Positions 40,518 to 50,895 of a stretch of 53,163 bases of DNA are shown one piece after another. Origin of the DNA: Salisapilia sapeloensis CBS 127946 (lineage: Eukaryota; Protista; Oomycota); contig JAADVB010000122.1 in the NCBI GenBank assembly GCA_023334545.1, positions 1 through 53,163 on the forward strand, in the 5' to 3' direction. Position 1 is the first letter of the stretch. Each line of letters begins with the position of its first letter. The notes below the pieces were generated by a model, which ran no database searches, was not told the origin of the DNA, and saw nothing but the letters and a program-made list of their open reading frames with translations. The position numbers were made by a program, and so were the translations under genes.

Positions 40518-41210
40518 CGTTGTGCAAATTGTTGTGAAAGCATCTTGTTAGAAACATAAATGCTCGAGGATTTGTTTCAAGTGGTGGAAATGAGGATTAT
40601 CTTTTGGTAGACGTACCAGGTTGAACTGTTATTGTCTTTTGGTTGTAGTGTCGATGTCTGCACGTGATATGTGCATGACTAGAGTTTCAAAGTCGATAGG
40701 ATGGATTTTAAAAGATAAATGGTGGATTGAATGCACTCAACTACTGTCTGAGTTTCCACTGTTTTTTTGATGCGAGAGTAAGATATAGCCTTTAGACAAG
40801 TGATATCGAATGTCTTTCGTTTAGCAAGTAGCCGTTTGCACGCTAGGAGTATCTCAGTCGATCGCAGCAGAGTGGTGCATTAGCAATATAGGCTACACGG
40901 TAGTAAATGGTATCTGCTGAGTGCCGAGCAAGTTACCGTAAGCTGATGGCACCCGACTTGTATATACACTAGCAGCACCCACCTTCGATTTGTTTGAAAC
41001 CAATAGGCTACAATAGAGCATGAATCTTTTAAATATAATCATAATTCCTTCGTGCGTGCTGATACATTCGTCGAACGCTTGGACGCAGTTATATCTGAGT
41101 ACTCCAATCATGCGAGTCATGCTGTGAAACCGGTATGGAACGGTGTTATATTTAGCCTGGTTTGAGTGCATCAACGTGATATCGATTCAAATTCATGCAT
41201 TGAAGTGAAG

Positions 41211-44200
41211 ATGCCAGACGTACAATCGCCAAGTGTCCAGCTGGAGCGGTCTGCTTCTAGACTGCTCTACATGGCACGCAAGTCCAAGCCAAACAACTAT
41301 CTAACTTCACCAGTTTCAAAGTCGTCGTTCGAGAGGTACCGACACACTGCTTACGTTAAGCAGCCGATACCACGACCACATACGTTGCTTCAATCCAAGC
41401 TGCGTACAATTGCTGCGATATATGGTCTCGACATGTCGTTCTCACGTTTCTGTGACCCTCACTACCTCTCAGACAGTGGATCTATAAGTACGATTACAGA
41501 CAACTCTGATATGGACGAAGCAATGAAGCTAAGGGATGAGTATTTTCAAAACCAGCGCTGTCGGTATCGGAATAAATTTAAGCATGGCATGGATGCAATC
41601 TACCATCCTTCTGGAAAACCCAAGTTGGACTCTTTGATCGAAGCAGCACAAGAAAAAGCTAGCAAGCCTAACAATCTGGAAATTGCTGCGGCAGTTCTCA
41701 CGTCTGATGATAGAATTTATGCTTCGACTGCACTTGAAGCTTCGATACCGAATAGTTCATCGCAGCAATTGATTTGTGCGGAACGTGTGGCAATTCTGAA
41801 AGCTCTGCAGTCTTTGGATTATCCTGATAGTCATCTGATTGCTGTGGCGATAAGTTATCGAAAAGAGAATCAAGAAGGAGATATAAAACAAGAAGAGTTC
41901 CCATTTCCCTGTGGAGATTGTCGACAGTTGATGGCGATGTGTGGAAACTTAGCAATCTACATCACCAACCGTTTAGGCGATCGCGCTGAGACTACTTCGT
42001 ATGCTCTATTTCCTCAAGTGGAATCTTCACTTTGCAATCAAGAAAGCTGCATATCAACTAATCCACAGAGCCCAAAAGGCGAGCAAAAGACTACATCAGA
42101 TGGAAAAAGCGATACTTCAGATGCGAGAGGGTGGAACTCAAGACAAGTTGTTGCTTGGATAGGTCAAAATCAAAAGCTTCAATCCTATGCACATGTGTTT
42201 GAAAGAAATAGCGTAAATGGAGCGACTTTACTGCAATTAGAAAGCGCTGACATTGATATGCTCTTCCAAGGACAGATCGAGGTCCCAGTGAAAAAGTATT
42301 TGTTGCAATGCATCGATCGACTTCGAGATGAAGATTTGTTAAAGAACTTGGGAGCCAATTTGAAAGAATATCTTGCTTTGTTAGACCGAGATCGAGTAGG
42401 TGTTCTGGCAAGATTGAAAGCTTTATTTACTCATCTCGATACAAACAATGACGGCGTTGTCGATCGAGTAGAAATACGATCAATCTTGGAGAAACTCCCG
42501 CCATCTAGTCGGAATCTCTACACTGATCCAAATGGTCTTCGCGTAGACCTTTCAGTACTTGAATCGTACTTGGATGAAGTGGCATCCATTGATTTCCCCA
42601 CGTTCGTAAATATTATCGCAGCCCATACGAATCCAGATGATCGTCACCCTTCTCGACTGCCTTTGAAGTATTTGAACATCAAGAAGCTAGAAGTAGAGTT
42701 CGAACGAAGAGCGAAAGCAAACAAAAGCAGCACGATTAGTATCGCGGAAGCTGTTGAACTTTTGTCTAGGCTTGGTCTATACAATCGAAAACTAGGCACA
42801 CACTGCTGCCCGAACAAGCGACAGAACGTCAAGACTTTATGGTCAGAATATGGAGAATGTATCTCTCTAGAAGTTTTCGTTCTTGGCGTTGCTCAACTCT
42901 GCAATATTCACTTAGCGAAAGCAAAGATGTTGTTTCTGGAGGCATCGCCAAGGTATGTAGAAAAGTGGAAGCCGTGGCGTGTATTGTTTAGCAGCCTACG
43001 ATCTCTCTACCAGTACGAGAACCCAGTAGACATCTCAAAATGGTGTCGACATCAGCAAGAAGTGCACACTTCTTTCCTTGAAGAATCTCAGCAGGGAAGT
43101 CTGGGCGAAAAGTATTGTATATCCTACCCATTCTACATATACTTGTGCTTGAAATACAACTACGATTTTGCTCATGCCAAAGATGGAAATGGATCAAGTG
43201 AGAAGAAGGGTCTTTCTCAAGAAAGCGAGCGGTCAAGGAAACTATGCCATAACAGTAGGATCGTCAAGTTACCTTTTACAAATCACGTCCGGATGTGTCG
43301 TAGATTTGATAGAGATGATGATGAGTTTCAGGATAAAAAAGTAGTAACTAGTGAAGATGAAGTTTGCTGTAGTGGCATGAACCATCATAAAAAGCGTGCC
43401 ATGTCAAAGGAAGAAGTTAATGACGTATATGATCGATTCCTTCGTACTCAAATGCAAAGGAAGGCTGATACGTCGAGTGGTAAGTGGAAAAAGATTCATA
43501 AAATGGAGTGTAAGGGTGAAAGCGAAAGCGAAGATGATGGAAAACATGCTGATTCTGATGTCGAGTCAAAGGGATGTGAGCCTGACATGAAACAAGAAGG
43601 CTTAACTATTGCTATGGCAACACAAGCGTTAATCGAACTTGGCGTTCCATACTCTGCCGAGGTGGTAGCTAGCACCATGGATCAGAGTTTTGCGAAGAAA
43701 CTGCAGTCTATCGACGATAAAAATGGATGCGTTTGCATCATGCGCTCTGGGTTTCATCAGTTGTATGCCGAATTGGCTTCGAAACCTCGGAAGCGACGTG
43801 AAACATCAAAGGCTGGAGCAACTAGCAGCAAAGAAAAGGTGTCTTATCGTAGGCAACGTCGAGTGGTGCGTAAGAAGAAAAAAGCAGACAGTTGTGCTGG
43901 AAAATCAACTACAAAAAGAGGTAGGATATTGATAGGAAACCTGAAAGTTAAAATCGCTCATGACTTTCATGTAGATCGAAGAAAACCAAAGCACAGCAGT
44001 GAAAGCAAAACGAGTTCGTCGTCCGATTCGTACAGCTCTGATGAAGTGAAGTCTGCAGACCAACAAAAACGCTACAGATCTTACTACAAATCACATCAAA
44101 TTTCTGTCGGAGACCGTGTCAACATCCTAGGACGAGGATATGGTGTTGTCATTCGTATTTATAAAGACTATGTCGTTGCTGATGTCCGACTCGACACTGG

Positions 44201-44984
44201 CAAGTTGGTGTCCAACGTCTCACTTTCATCGATGGAACTTGAAAGACATTCTCAGTCTCAAGTCAAAACGAATACGATTCAACTACCCATCGGTACCATC
44301 GTACAAGTGCATCGACAAGGTATGCAGCTTGGAAAACGTAAGGCAAAAGTCATTCGTCATCGTATTAATGGCTGCTACGATCTACGTACGATCGATACCA
44401 CCAGTCCAGAGGTGTTATCAAACATTTCGCCATCGCAAATAACTTTCCTGTCAGACAGTCTCCAAGGTGGAAGTCTAGACTACTTACCTCGAGGTCAAGC
44501 CGTTATGGTAAAGCGAACGAATGAGTATCTACGAGGTTGTATTCATGCATGCCGTGGAAATGGCACTTATGATGTCTTACTTCGTAAAGACCGATCGACT
44601 GTATTAGAAAGTCTTCCACCAGCTTTACTCCTACTTGATGAACCGAATGCTAGTGACGATGATCTGATGGCAGATAAGAAAGGTATGAAGAAGAAGAAGC
44701 AGGCTAGTGAACGTAAAGATGACTCGGATAGTGATAGCGACGCCAAGCCAACCAGTCACTCCACCAAGTTTAAACTCGGAGACTCGGTCGAAGCTCGTTT
44801 CAATGGGGAAAAGTCGTACTATTCAGGTCGGATTACTCGTGTGGATGCTCTAAGTCGACGATATGACATCGACTATGACGATGGAGATCAAGAACGAAAC
44901 GTCGAAGAGCATTTGATTCGATTGCGTGACAGATCTGCACCAGGGAAAGATGACTATGAAGACGACGGGTTTGAAAGCGATTAA
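41211..44984 (+). CDS. Multidomain protein: cytidine deaminase-like, SAM, EF-hand and several Tudor/Agenet-like barrels, 1257 aa
   Basis: ICAERVAI and FPCGDCRQLM zinc motifs; SAM WNSRQVVAWI..YAHVFERNSVNGATLLQL; EF-hand LFTHLDTNNDGVVDRVE; Tudor FKLGDSVEARF....YYSGRI......YDIDYDDGDQE. The ORF is open from 41166. Confidence 0.8.
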   Translation: MPDVQSPSVQLERSASRLLYMARKSKPNNYLTSPVSKSSFERYRHTAYVKQPIPRPHTLLQSKLRTIAAIYGLDMSFSRFCDPHYLSDSGSISTITDNSDMDEAMKLRDEYFQNQRCRYRNKFKHGMDAIYHPSGKPKLDSLIEAAQEKASKPNNLEIAAAVLTSDDRIYASTALEASIPNSSSQQLICAERVAILKALQSLDYPDSHLIAVAISYRKENQEGDIKQEEFPFPCGDCRQLMAMCGNLAIYITNRLGDRAETTSYALFPQVESSLCNQESCISTNPQSPKGEQKTTSDGKSDTSDARGWNSRQVVAWIGQNQKLQSYAHVFERNSVNGATLLQLESADIDMLFQGQIEVPVKKYLLQCIDRLRDEDLLKNLGANLKEYLALLDRDRVGVLARLKALFTHLDTNNDGVVDRVEIRSILEKLPPSSRNLYTDPNGLRVDLSVLESYLDEVASIDFPTFVNIIAAHTNPDDRHPSRLPLKYLNIKKLEVEFERRAKANKSSTISIAEAVELLSRLGLYNRKLGTHCCPNKRQNVKTLWSEYGECISLEVFVLGVAQLCNIHLAKAKMLFLEASPRYVEKWKPWRVLFSSLRSLYQYENPVDISKWCRHQQEVHTSFLEESQQGSLGEKYCISYPFYIYLCLKYNYDFAHAKDGNGSSEKKGLSQESERSRKLCHNSRIVKLPFTNHVRMCRRFDRDDDEFQDKKVVTSEDEVCCSGMNHHKKRAMSKEEVNDVYDRFLRTQMQRKADTSSGKWKKIHKMECKGESESEDDGKHADSDVESKGCEPDMKQEGLTIAMATQALIELGVPYSAEVVASTMDQSFAKKLQSIDDKNGCVCIMRSGFHQLYAELASKPRKRRETSKAGATSSKEKVSYRRQRRVVRKKKKADSCAGKSTTKRGRILIGNLKVKIAHDFHVDRRKPKHSSESKTSSSSDSYSSDEVKSADQQKRYRSYYKSHQISVGDRVNILGRGYGVVIRIYKDYVVADVRLDTGKLVSNVSLSSMELERHSQSQVKTNTIQLPIGTIVQVHRQGMQLGKRKAKVIRHRINGCYDLRTIDTTSPEVLSNISPSQITFLSDSLQGGSLDYLPRGQAVMVKRTNEYLRGCIHACRGNGTYDVLLRKDRSTVLESLPPALLLLDEPNASDDDLMADKKGMKKKKQASERKDDSDSDSDAKPTSHSTKFKLGDSVEARFNGEKSYYSGRITRVDALSRRYDIDYDDGDQERNVEEHLIRLRDRSAPGKDDYEDDGFESD

Positions 44985-45038
44985 TGAGTAGATGGAAAGA
45001 AAAGAGACTTGCATTGTATTTCTCTGTCCTAGTTGGTC

Positions 45039-46003
45039 TTAGACAACGACGCGGTAGGTCACGTATCGCCCTGCTGTCTCACTCGGACGGATGATCTTCA
45101 CCACCTGACCTCTAGCCATTCCGTAGTATCGAGCAATCGGGTCGGACGCCTGCATTCTCGGCAATTGCGAATCCTTAATTCTGGATGACATTGACGTCAG
45201 TGTCATGCTGTAAGTCGGAATGATAGATTTGCATACCGATATCGCTTAAGCAGTGCTGCCTTTTCATCTCTACCAAGTACTCGGTGCACAGGTACGAGCG
45301 TGTGCTCTGTAATGTCGACTAAAAGTTCCGTTTCTTTAAAGTGCTCAATCTTGTATCGAGGCGCCATTTCACTTAGCGCTTGCTTGGCGAATGGTGTGAT
45401 GCCTTCTTGGACGACCAAGATGGCTTTCGTTACATTTTCATCCTTCATACGGTTACAGTAGCTAGTAAAAGATAAATGTGAGATTGATAAATAAAACATC
45501 GATAAGGATAAAAGTACTTTCGGATGGGCTTGACACCCACTTTGTTGTCCTCTGGGAAGAAGACAAAGAGGTTGTCACTCGGATCATCGATTTTCTCCAC
45601 CTATTTTATGGAAATGTATGATCATTAGACATGGATTCGAATGGTTAGAAAGGATGGAGAAGAGATACATACAAGAATTGTCATCATCTCACGAGTTGGG
45701 TTCTCACCAAACTATATGCATAGGAGCATCATGTCAGTACGTTATTATGTTTTGCATGGGTGTAATAGGAAGATATGTGGATGAGAAGGCTAGATGGACT
45801 GTACCTGTGCTTGGAAAGTCTCCGGAGTCATCACTAGTTCATTTTCACTGACGATGTATCCACTATAGACATCATACGAGCGCTTTGATTAGCTTTTATG
45901 GAAATAAAGAGAGACACACAAAGGTGTACCGGTTGTGGAGCATCTTGACAGTCGTCTTGCGGACGCGAAAGAGGCGTGAAGCGTCTGGAGAGAGGCCGGA
46001 CAT
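45039..46003 (-). CDS. RPB5: RNA polymerase I/II/III shared subunit RPB5, 6 exons
   Basis: [17 protein letters not shown]; [15 protein letters not shown]; ITPFAKQAL; [18 protein letters not shown]; [16 protein letters not shown]...[22 protein letters not shown]. Five GT-AG introns. Confidence 0.95.
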
Positions 46004-46199
46004 GCTTTAATGTGATCGCTGTCGGTTAATGGTCTTTGGGAGTCGCTGGCCACGAATTAGATGCCGATTACCAGCACGCTTTTGAGCTTCATTATATACA
46101 AAAAGCAATATAAAATGTTAATTTACTAGTAAAAGTGGAATTTTAAATGTAGTATAGGACGAATTAGCATTTGAACGGAGCAGGAAGCGTGACCACGAA

Positions 46200-48200
46200 A
46201 TGGCGAAAATGGATGGAAGCTCAATAGACCGCTTGGCATCGAGTATTCTGACGTTCTGGTTTGAAGAAAATGACCTCAAGACCAACTACCGGACCAAGTG
46301 GTTTCCTCCAGCAAGTTCGGAAGCTCAACGTAGTGTCGATGAGGCCATAAAGCAGCAATTTGGCGATTTATTGACACAAGCGGAGGATGATACATTCGAT
46401 TTAGAGGCTTGGCAGTCCAGTCCACAATCCTGTCTTGCTTGCATTCTTCTACTAGATCAGTTCTCTCGACATGTCTATCGAGACGTACCAGATCGAGATA
46501 CGTACGTCCATCGGAATGATCAGAAAGCGATATCATGTCTTGAGGTTTTTCTTGCTCACGAGTGGCATCATGCATTAACCGTCGATCGATTTGTCTTTGT
46601 TCTTATGCCATTGCGCCATTCACCCACACCTGAACGACTGTATCAAGTACTTGAGCTTGTGGAAAGTAGAGAGAGCATGCATGTCGATCAGCAGGATTTG
46701 TTAAACAGATTCCGGAAGGTCACACAGAGTCGATTGCTACATCTCAAACCATCAGAAGTAGAGCAGACTTCCATAAGCGATCAGGACATCCTAGAACGTG
46801 AATTTGTCGAGACAGATGAAGCCGACATGCCGAAGCATCCTCTTTACAAGGCGATGAATGCCTTTTTACTTCGGCATGAAGCTCGTCGTTATCCGTACTT
46901 ATCCGTGTCTCTATCCGGTGGCGTCGACTCCATGGTCATCGCGCATCTACTTCATAAACTACGTCCATTGCATAATAACTTTACGATTATTGCTGTTCAT
47001 ATTGACTATGGGAATCGACGGGAGAGTGCAGATGAATGTGACTACGTCCGTCGATGGTGTGAACGGTTTGGTATTCAGTTCTACGCTCGACGTATTGATG
47101 AAGTCAAACGTGGTGTCACGAAACGAGACGAATATGAGAAAATCGCACGAGATATACGGTACTCGACGTATGCGGACGTGATGCAAACGTACGGTGTCCC
47201 TGGGATGATCTTTGGACATCATAAGGGAGATGTGCAAGAGAATGTAATTTCGAATGCCATGAAAGGCATGAGTCTCCTCGATTTAAACGGTATGGATGAA
47301 ACGAGTAGTGTGAACAACGTGTCGATCTGGCGTCCTTTGCTGGCATTTGACAAGGATGTCATCTACGCCTTTGCACATATGTACGGCGTTCCTTATTTTA
47401 AGGACACGACACCTCAATGGAGTACGCGTGGCAAGCTTCGAAATCAGTTAGTTCCGTTACTACAAGACATGTATGGAGACGGCGTGTTGCAGAACTTGTC
47501 CAAGCTCGGGGACGAGTCGAGTCAATGCGGACAGTTGCTGCAAGATCAGATTCTATCTCCTATTCTCTCCAACGTCATTGAAACAAAAGTTGCGATTATT
47601 GTTTCTTGTACGAAATTGATGCATCAACCGATTTTAGTATGGAAGGAAGTGATTAAATCGATTTGTCACGATCGACTTGGGACCGGGATGATCCGTGAGA
47701 AACCAATGCGAGAACTCATGGGGAAAGTAGATCAGTCAAAACCATTTGTTGGCGGTGGAACGTGGGTGACGTTAAAGAAAACACATCGGAGCTATTTGAC
47801 GCAAGATCGACAACTGATGATCTTCCGAGAACATGTCTTTCCACGATTCCACTCGCACTTTACGACTGGGACGCAAGTAGAGCTAGGCAAGACGGTGTAT
47901 GGGCCATGGACAGTTGATATTCAGATCGTCGAATCGAGTCAAGTGCAGGAAGTGAATAAGCATTGGTGTATCGACGATGTTGTTGCATACGGAGGTGTCG
48001 AGTATGTGCTATCGAATGCACCGAAGCTTGTGCTAGATGGTGACGATCGACCGACGAGTTTGAAACAGATACCAAAAGTGCTGACGGATGTCATGCCTTT
48101 GGTGAATACACGAGGTACGCTTGAAAAAGAGACGGATGGCGAGAATGAACAATGGCTGCGTGTTCGTGTCGTGTATGATGAAGGAGAGGAAAGTGATTAA
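46200..48200 (+). CDS. DUF924 domain fused to a TilS/MesJ-like PP-loop ATPase (tRNA(Ile)-lysidine synthase-like), 666 aa
   Basis: DUF924: ILTFWF..KWF..DEAIKQQFG..ILLLDQFSRHVYR..FVLMPLRHS. PP-loop: VSLSGGVDSMV, AVHIDYGNR, ARDIRY, GHHKGDVQEN, IWRPLL, PYFKDTT...RGKLRNQLVPLL. Confidence 0.85.
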   Translation: MAKMDGSSIDRLASSILTFWFEENDLKTNYRTKWFPPASSEAQRSVDEAIKQQFGDLLTQAEDDTFDLEAWQSSPQSCLACILLLDQFSRHVYRDVPDRDTYVHRNDQKAISCLEVFLAHEWHHALTVDRFVFVLMPLRHSPTPERLYQVLELVESRESMHVDQQDLLNRFRKVTQSRLLHLKPSEVEQTSISDQDILEREFVETDEADMPKHPLYKAMNAFLLRHEARRYPYLSVSLSGGVDSMVIAHLLHKLRPLHNNFTIIAVHIDYGNRRESADECDYVRRWCERFGIQFYARRIDEVKRGVTKRDEYEKIARDIRYSTYADVMQTYGVPGMIFGHHKGDVQENVISNAMKGMSLLDLNGMDETSSVNNVSIWRPLLAFDKDVIYAFAHMYGVPYFKDTTPQWSTRGKLRNQLVPLLQDMYGDGVLQNLSKLGDESSQCGQLLQDQILSPILSNVIETKVAIIVSCTKLMHQPILVWKEVIKSICHDRLGTGMIREKPMRELMGKVDQSKPFVGGGTWVTLKKTHRSYLTQDRQLMIFREHVFPRFHSHFTTGTQVELGKTVYGPWTVDIQIVESSQVQEVNKHWCIDDVVAYGGVEYVLSNAPKLVLDGDDRPTSLKQIPKVLTDVMPLVNTRGTLEKETDGENEQWLRVRVVYDEGEESD

Positions 48201-48214
48201 ATGGATGGACGACG

Positions 48215-48832
48215 TTACTGAGCGCTGCCCCATTTCATCAGATGAGGCGACATGGTTCGGAATGGAATGACCCAGATAACACCTAGAACGTATAGAATCG
48301 TTGGCAAGGTAGAGACGTTCGTAGGATAAATAGATACCTGCATACGGCTTCGGCCATGCAGTAGTGGCGGAAACCATGTAAGTGTCGAATGTCGTTCCGT
48401 CCTGCATGATTTGTTTCTCGAATAGTAAGTGGAGCGGACCATCCGTCTCAATGCTATACTTTGATAGTTCCATGTACTTCTCTTGAACGCGATCCTAAAT
48501 AGATAGTTAGCTTTCGGATAGGGGTGGATGATAGTGGTAAGGTACACGAATTTCAGCTACAGGAAGGCGAGTGGGAAATGTCATGGAGAAAGCCTCTCTA
48601 GTACAGTGTTAGTTGATAGCTGAGAGGTAATGGTACCGGAGACAACTCACACTCCGGACTCTCGTCCGTGTGCAAAGCCACGGGCGTCACGTACCCAGAC
48701 ATGGGTCATCGAGTCGAGACGCTCGAATCGCTTCTCGATCCGAGTGATCTTGTCACATTGCCTTGGCGTGAAGATCCATTCGTAAGGTGGACCTGCTCGA
48801 ATCGAAGATGGAGTAGCCGTCAAATCATGCAT
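48215..48832 (-). CDS. Small protein with a ubiquitin-like domain, 4 exons, 152 aa
   Basis: Introns 48598-48650, 48495-48545 and 48283-48337 are phase-consistent and join three listed ORF fragments. FSMTFPTRLPVAEIRDRVQEKY...LHLLFEKQIMQDGTTFDTYMV resembles the ubiquitin LIF.GKQL.DG.TL.DY.I pattern. Confidence 0.7.
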
Positions 48833-50083
48833 TTTTATAAGGTTGGAAATGAACGAGCGAGCGTTTCAGGATTGCCAAAAGTGCATGCTATTTGGATGAC
48901 TATCTCTTGGAATCATATTGATCTGCGCTTAAACTAAAGTTTGACTTTTATTACCGAATAGCACAGTACAGACAGAGTAAGATCTAACATATAGATTTCT
49001 TTGGCAATAAAAGTTTTCATAGACCAGAGGCTATATGGACTAGTACATTTGCATTGTATCGTCTGTATTTTCAAATGGTAACTTGGCAATGCGAATATTC
49101 AAAATACAATATGCATGGTGCATTCAAAACTCGTTCAGCAGTTATCGCACTTCAGCTATTCACAAAGCAATAAGCCTAATGGCTCTCATGAGGGAGCAGA
49201 ACTACTGCTTCCACTTTAAATCTGCGTAGATTTAAGACAACATAACATTAAAAGATTTGAGTAAATAAAATTCATTGCTAGGTGTTAAATTTTGAATCGT
49301 ACATCTTTGCCAGTTCGACGAAACAAGAGGCAAGCTCGTGTTAGTACAACAGTTGGTAACTTCTAGCAGATTTACGAGCGTCTACCATCATGGATATGTA
49401 CTCAGATCCACGAAGTAGTACTGGTGCGACGCATGAACTAGCTTAGTATACTTTAAGATACTTTCGAGGCTTAGAGATGTCGCACGAATACTGAGTACTT
49501 TTAATTAAAACTCTGAACTTGTGCTGTAACTGCGGGGGTTTACAGAAAATTTATCCACCGTATCTTGTCTACTTAATCCAGCTCAATGCCGAGTTACCAC
49601 GACAGTCTATGTGCAGTGAGTTTGGTGCGAAAGATACCAAAGATTCGTTTCAATAGACTCCAGATAGTGGTCAATTGCTATCGAGCAGATGGTAGAACAG
49701 ATCGCTGATCAAGGACGTGTGTAGTTGGTAAAGTATCAAAGATGTGAATGCATCTTGATATTGAAGTGACTTCTCTGTCTTCTCTCGCGCATATCCAGGT
49801 GCATCCATTCTTGTGTCCATTTTGTCGGATTCTTCATCGCTTGCATTCTGCGCAAGATTGATCCCCATTCACAGTATTATCAAATATTCGAGTTGATCAT
49901 CTAAATTTTGTCTACTTCTATCGGAATGTTGCCAGATATTATTACCGATGCTTACAGTAAGCTTGTCGTGCATGACGACGCTTGCTGCTGTCACGATGCT
50001 TTTCATAATCTCAATCCAGCTGCATCATTAGTAGCTTGGACATCCGCCAATCCTGCCTAGCTACCTGTGCAAAAGAAATCCAC

Positions 50084-50135
50084 CGGACACTAATTTTGGG
50101 TTGATCCGTCGGACATTGATTTTGGGTTGATCCGT
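50084..50135. repeat. Tandem duplication of a 26-nt unit (2 copies, 2 mismatches)
   Basis: CGGACACTAATTTTGGGTTGATCCGT followed by CGGACATTGATTTTGGGTTGATCCGT, then a partial AGGAC. Confidence 0.9.
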
Positions 50136-50792
50136 AGGACTCTTCCGATCTCAATATTAGTTTATGCTTTCTTACACAATCATCCAAGTGACTAGATTTG
50201 CAGAAATGTTCGTCCGGAAGTTTCTACCGCAGAATACGGCGTATCAAGCCAAGAGACATTTATCCTGCTTTATAAGTAGCCTGGTCCAACGGAAAAACAG
50301 CATCCTTAGGTGTACTTTTCTTCCTAGTCTATTTGTATCTCACTTTAACTTTCTTTTGCTCGATTCTAATCAACTGATGTATCTAACTATATGTTTCCTG
50401 GTGGTACTTGCCATCATACACATCCTGGATATTCCAACCTGCTTTCACTAAACAATGCAACGACTACAAATGAATCCCAACAACATCTTTCGAGAATGAA
50501 TGTTTTAATTTACATAAAGAGAGTATCAGCGAACAAGTCGTTTCGATCCGACGCTTCTGATTATGTTTCTACCAGTAAACGTTGTCTCTCTGCATCCGCA
50601 TGAACACTTAAATCAAGTATACCCACCTCCACATCGTCTCTACAGACTGCTTCTGAATTAATCGACCTGTCTAAGAGCACGAAAATCAAAGACCAAAGCA
50701 CTCACGTGGTATGGCTCCAGGCATACAAACTCCAAGATATATGCGCTTTGTAAACAAAAACAGCTGCTGAACTCTTTGGTTGCCCTTTTGAC

Positions 50793-50808
50793 GCTCATTC
50801 GGCAATTT
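50793..50808 (+). promoter_or_regulatory. Oomycete Inr+FPR core promoter element
   Basis: GCTCATTCGGCAATTT is an exact match to GCTCATTYBNNNWTTY, 87 nt upstream of the ABCA ATG. Confidence 0.75.
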
Positions 50809-50895
50809 CTTCTCTAGCGCGCACATCTAGAGCTTCAACCTTAAAAGTAAAAGTGTGCGGGAAGCTTTTAAAGACTTTCTTCCGTGACGTAGAGG

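Noticed and set aside
40893-41174. 93-aa minus-strand ORF between UXT and the deaminase fusion
   Set aside because: No recognisable motif; it lies in the AT-rich divergent promoter region.
50084-50135. CRISPR-like or telomeric (TTTTGGG) interpretation of the tandem repeat
   Set aside because: Only two directly abutting units, no spacers, eukaryotic context, and no telomeric array.
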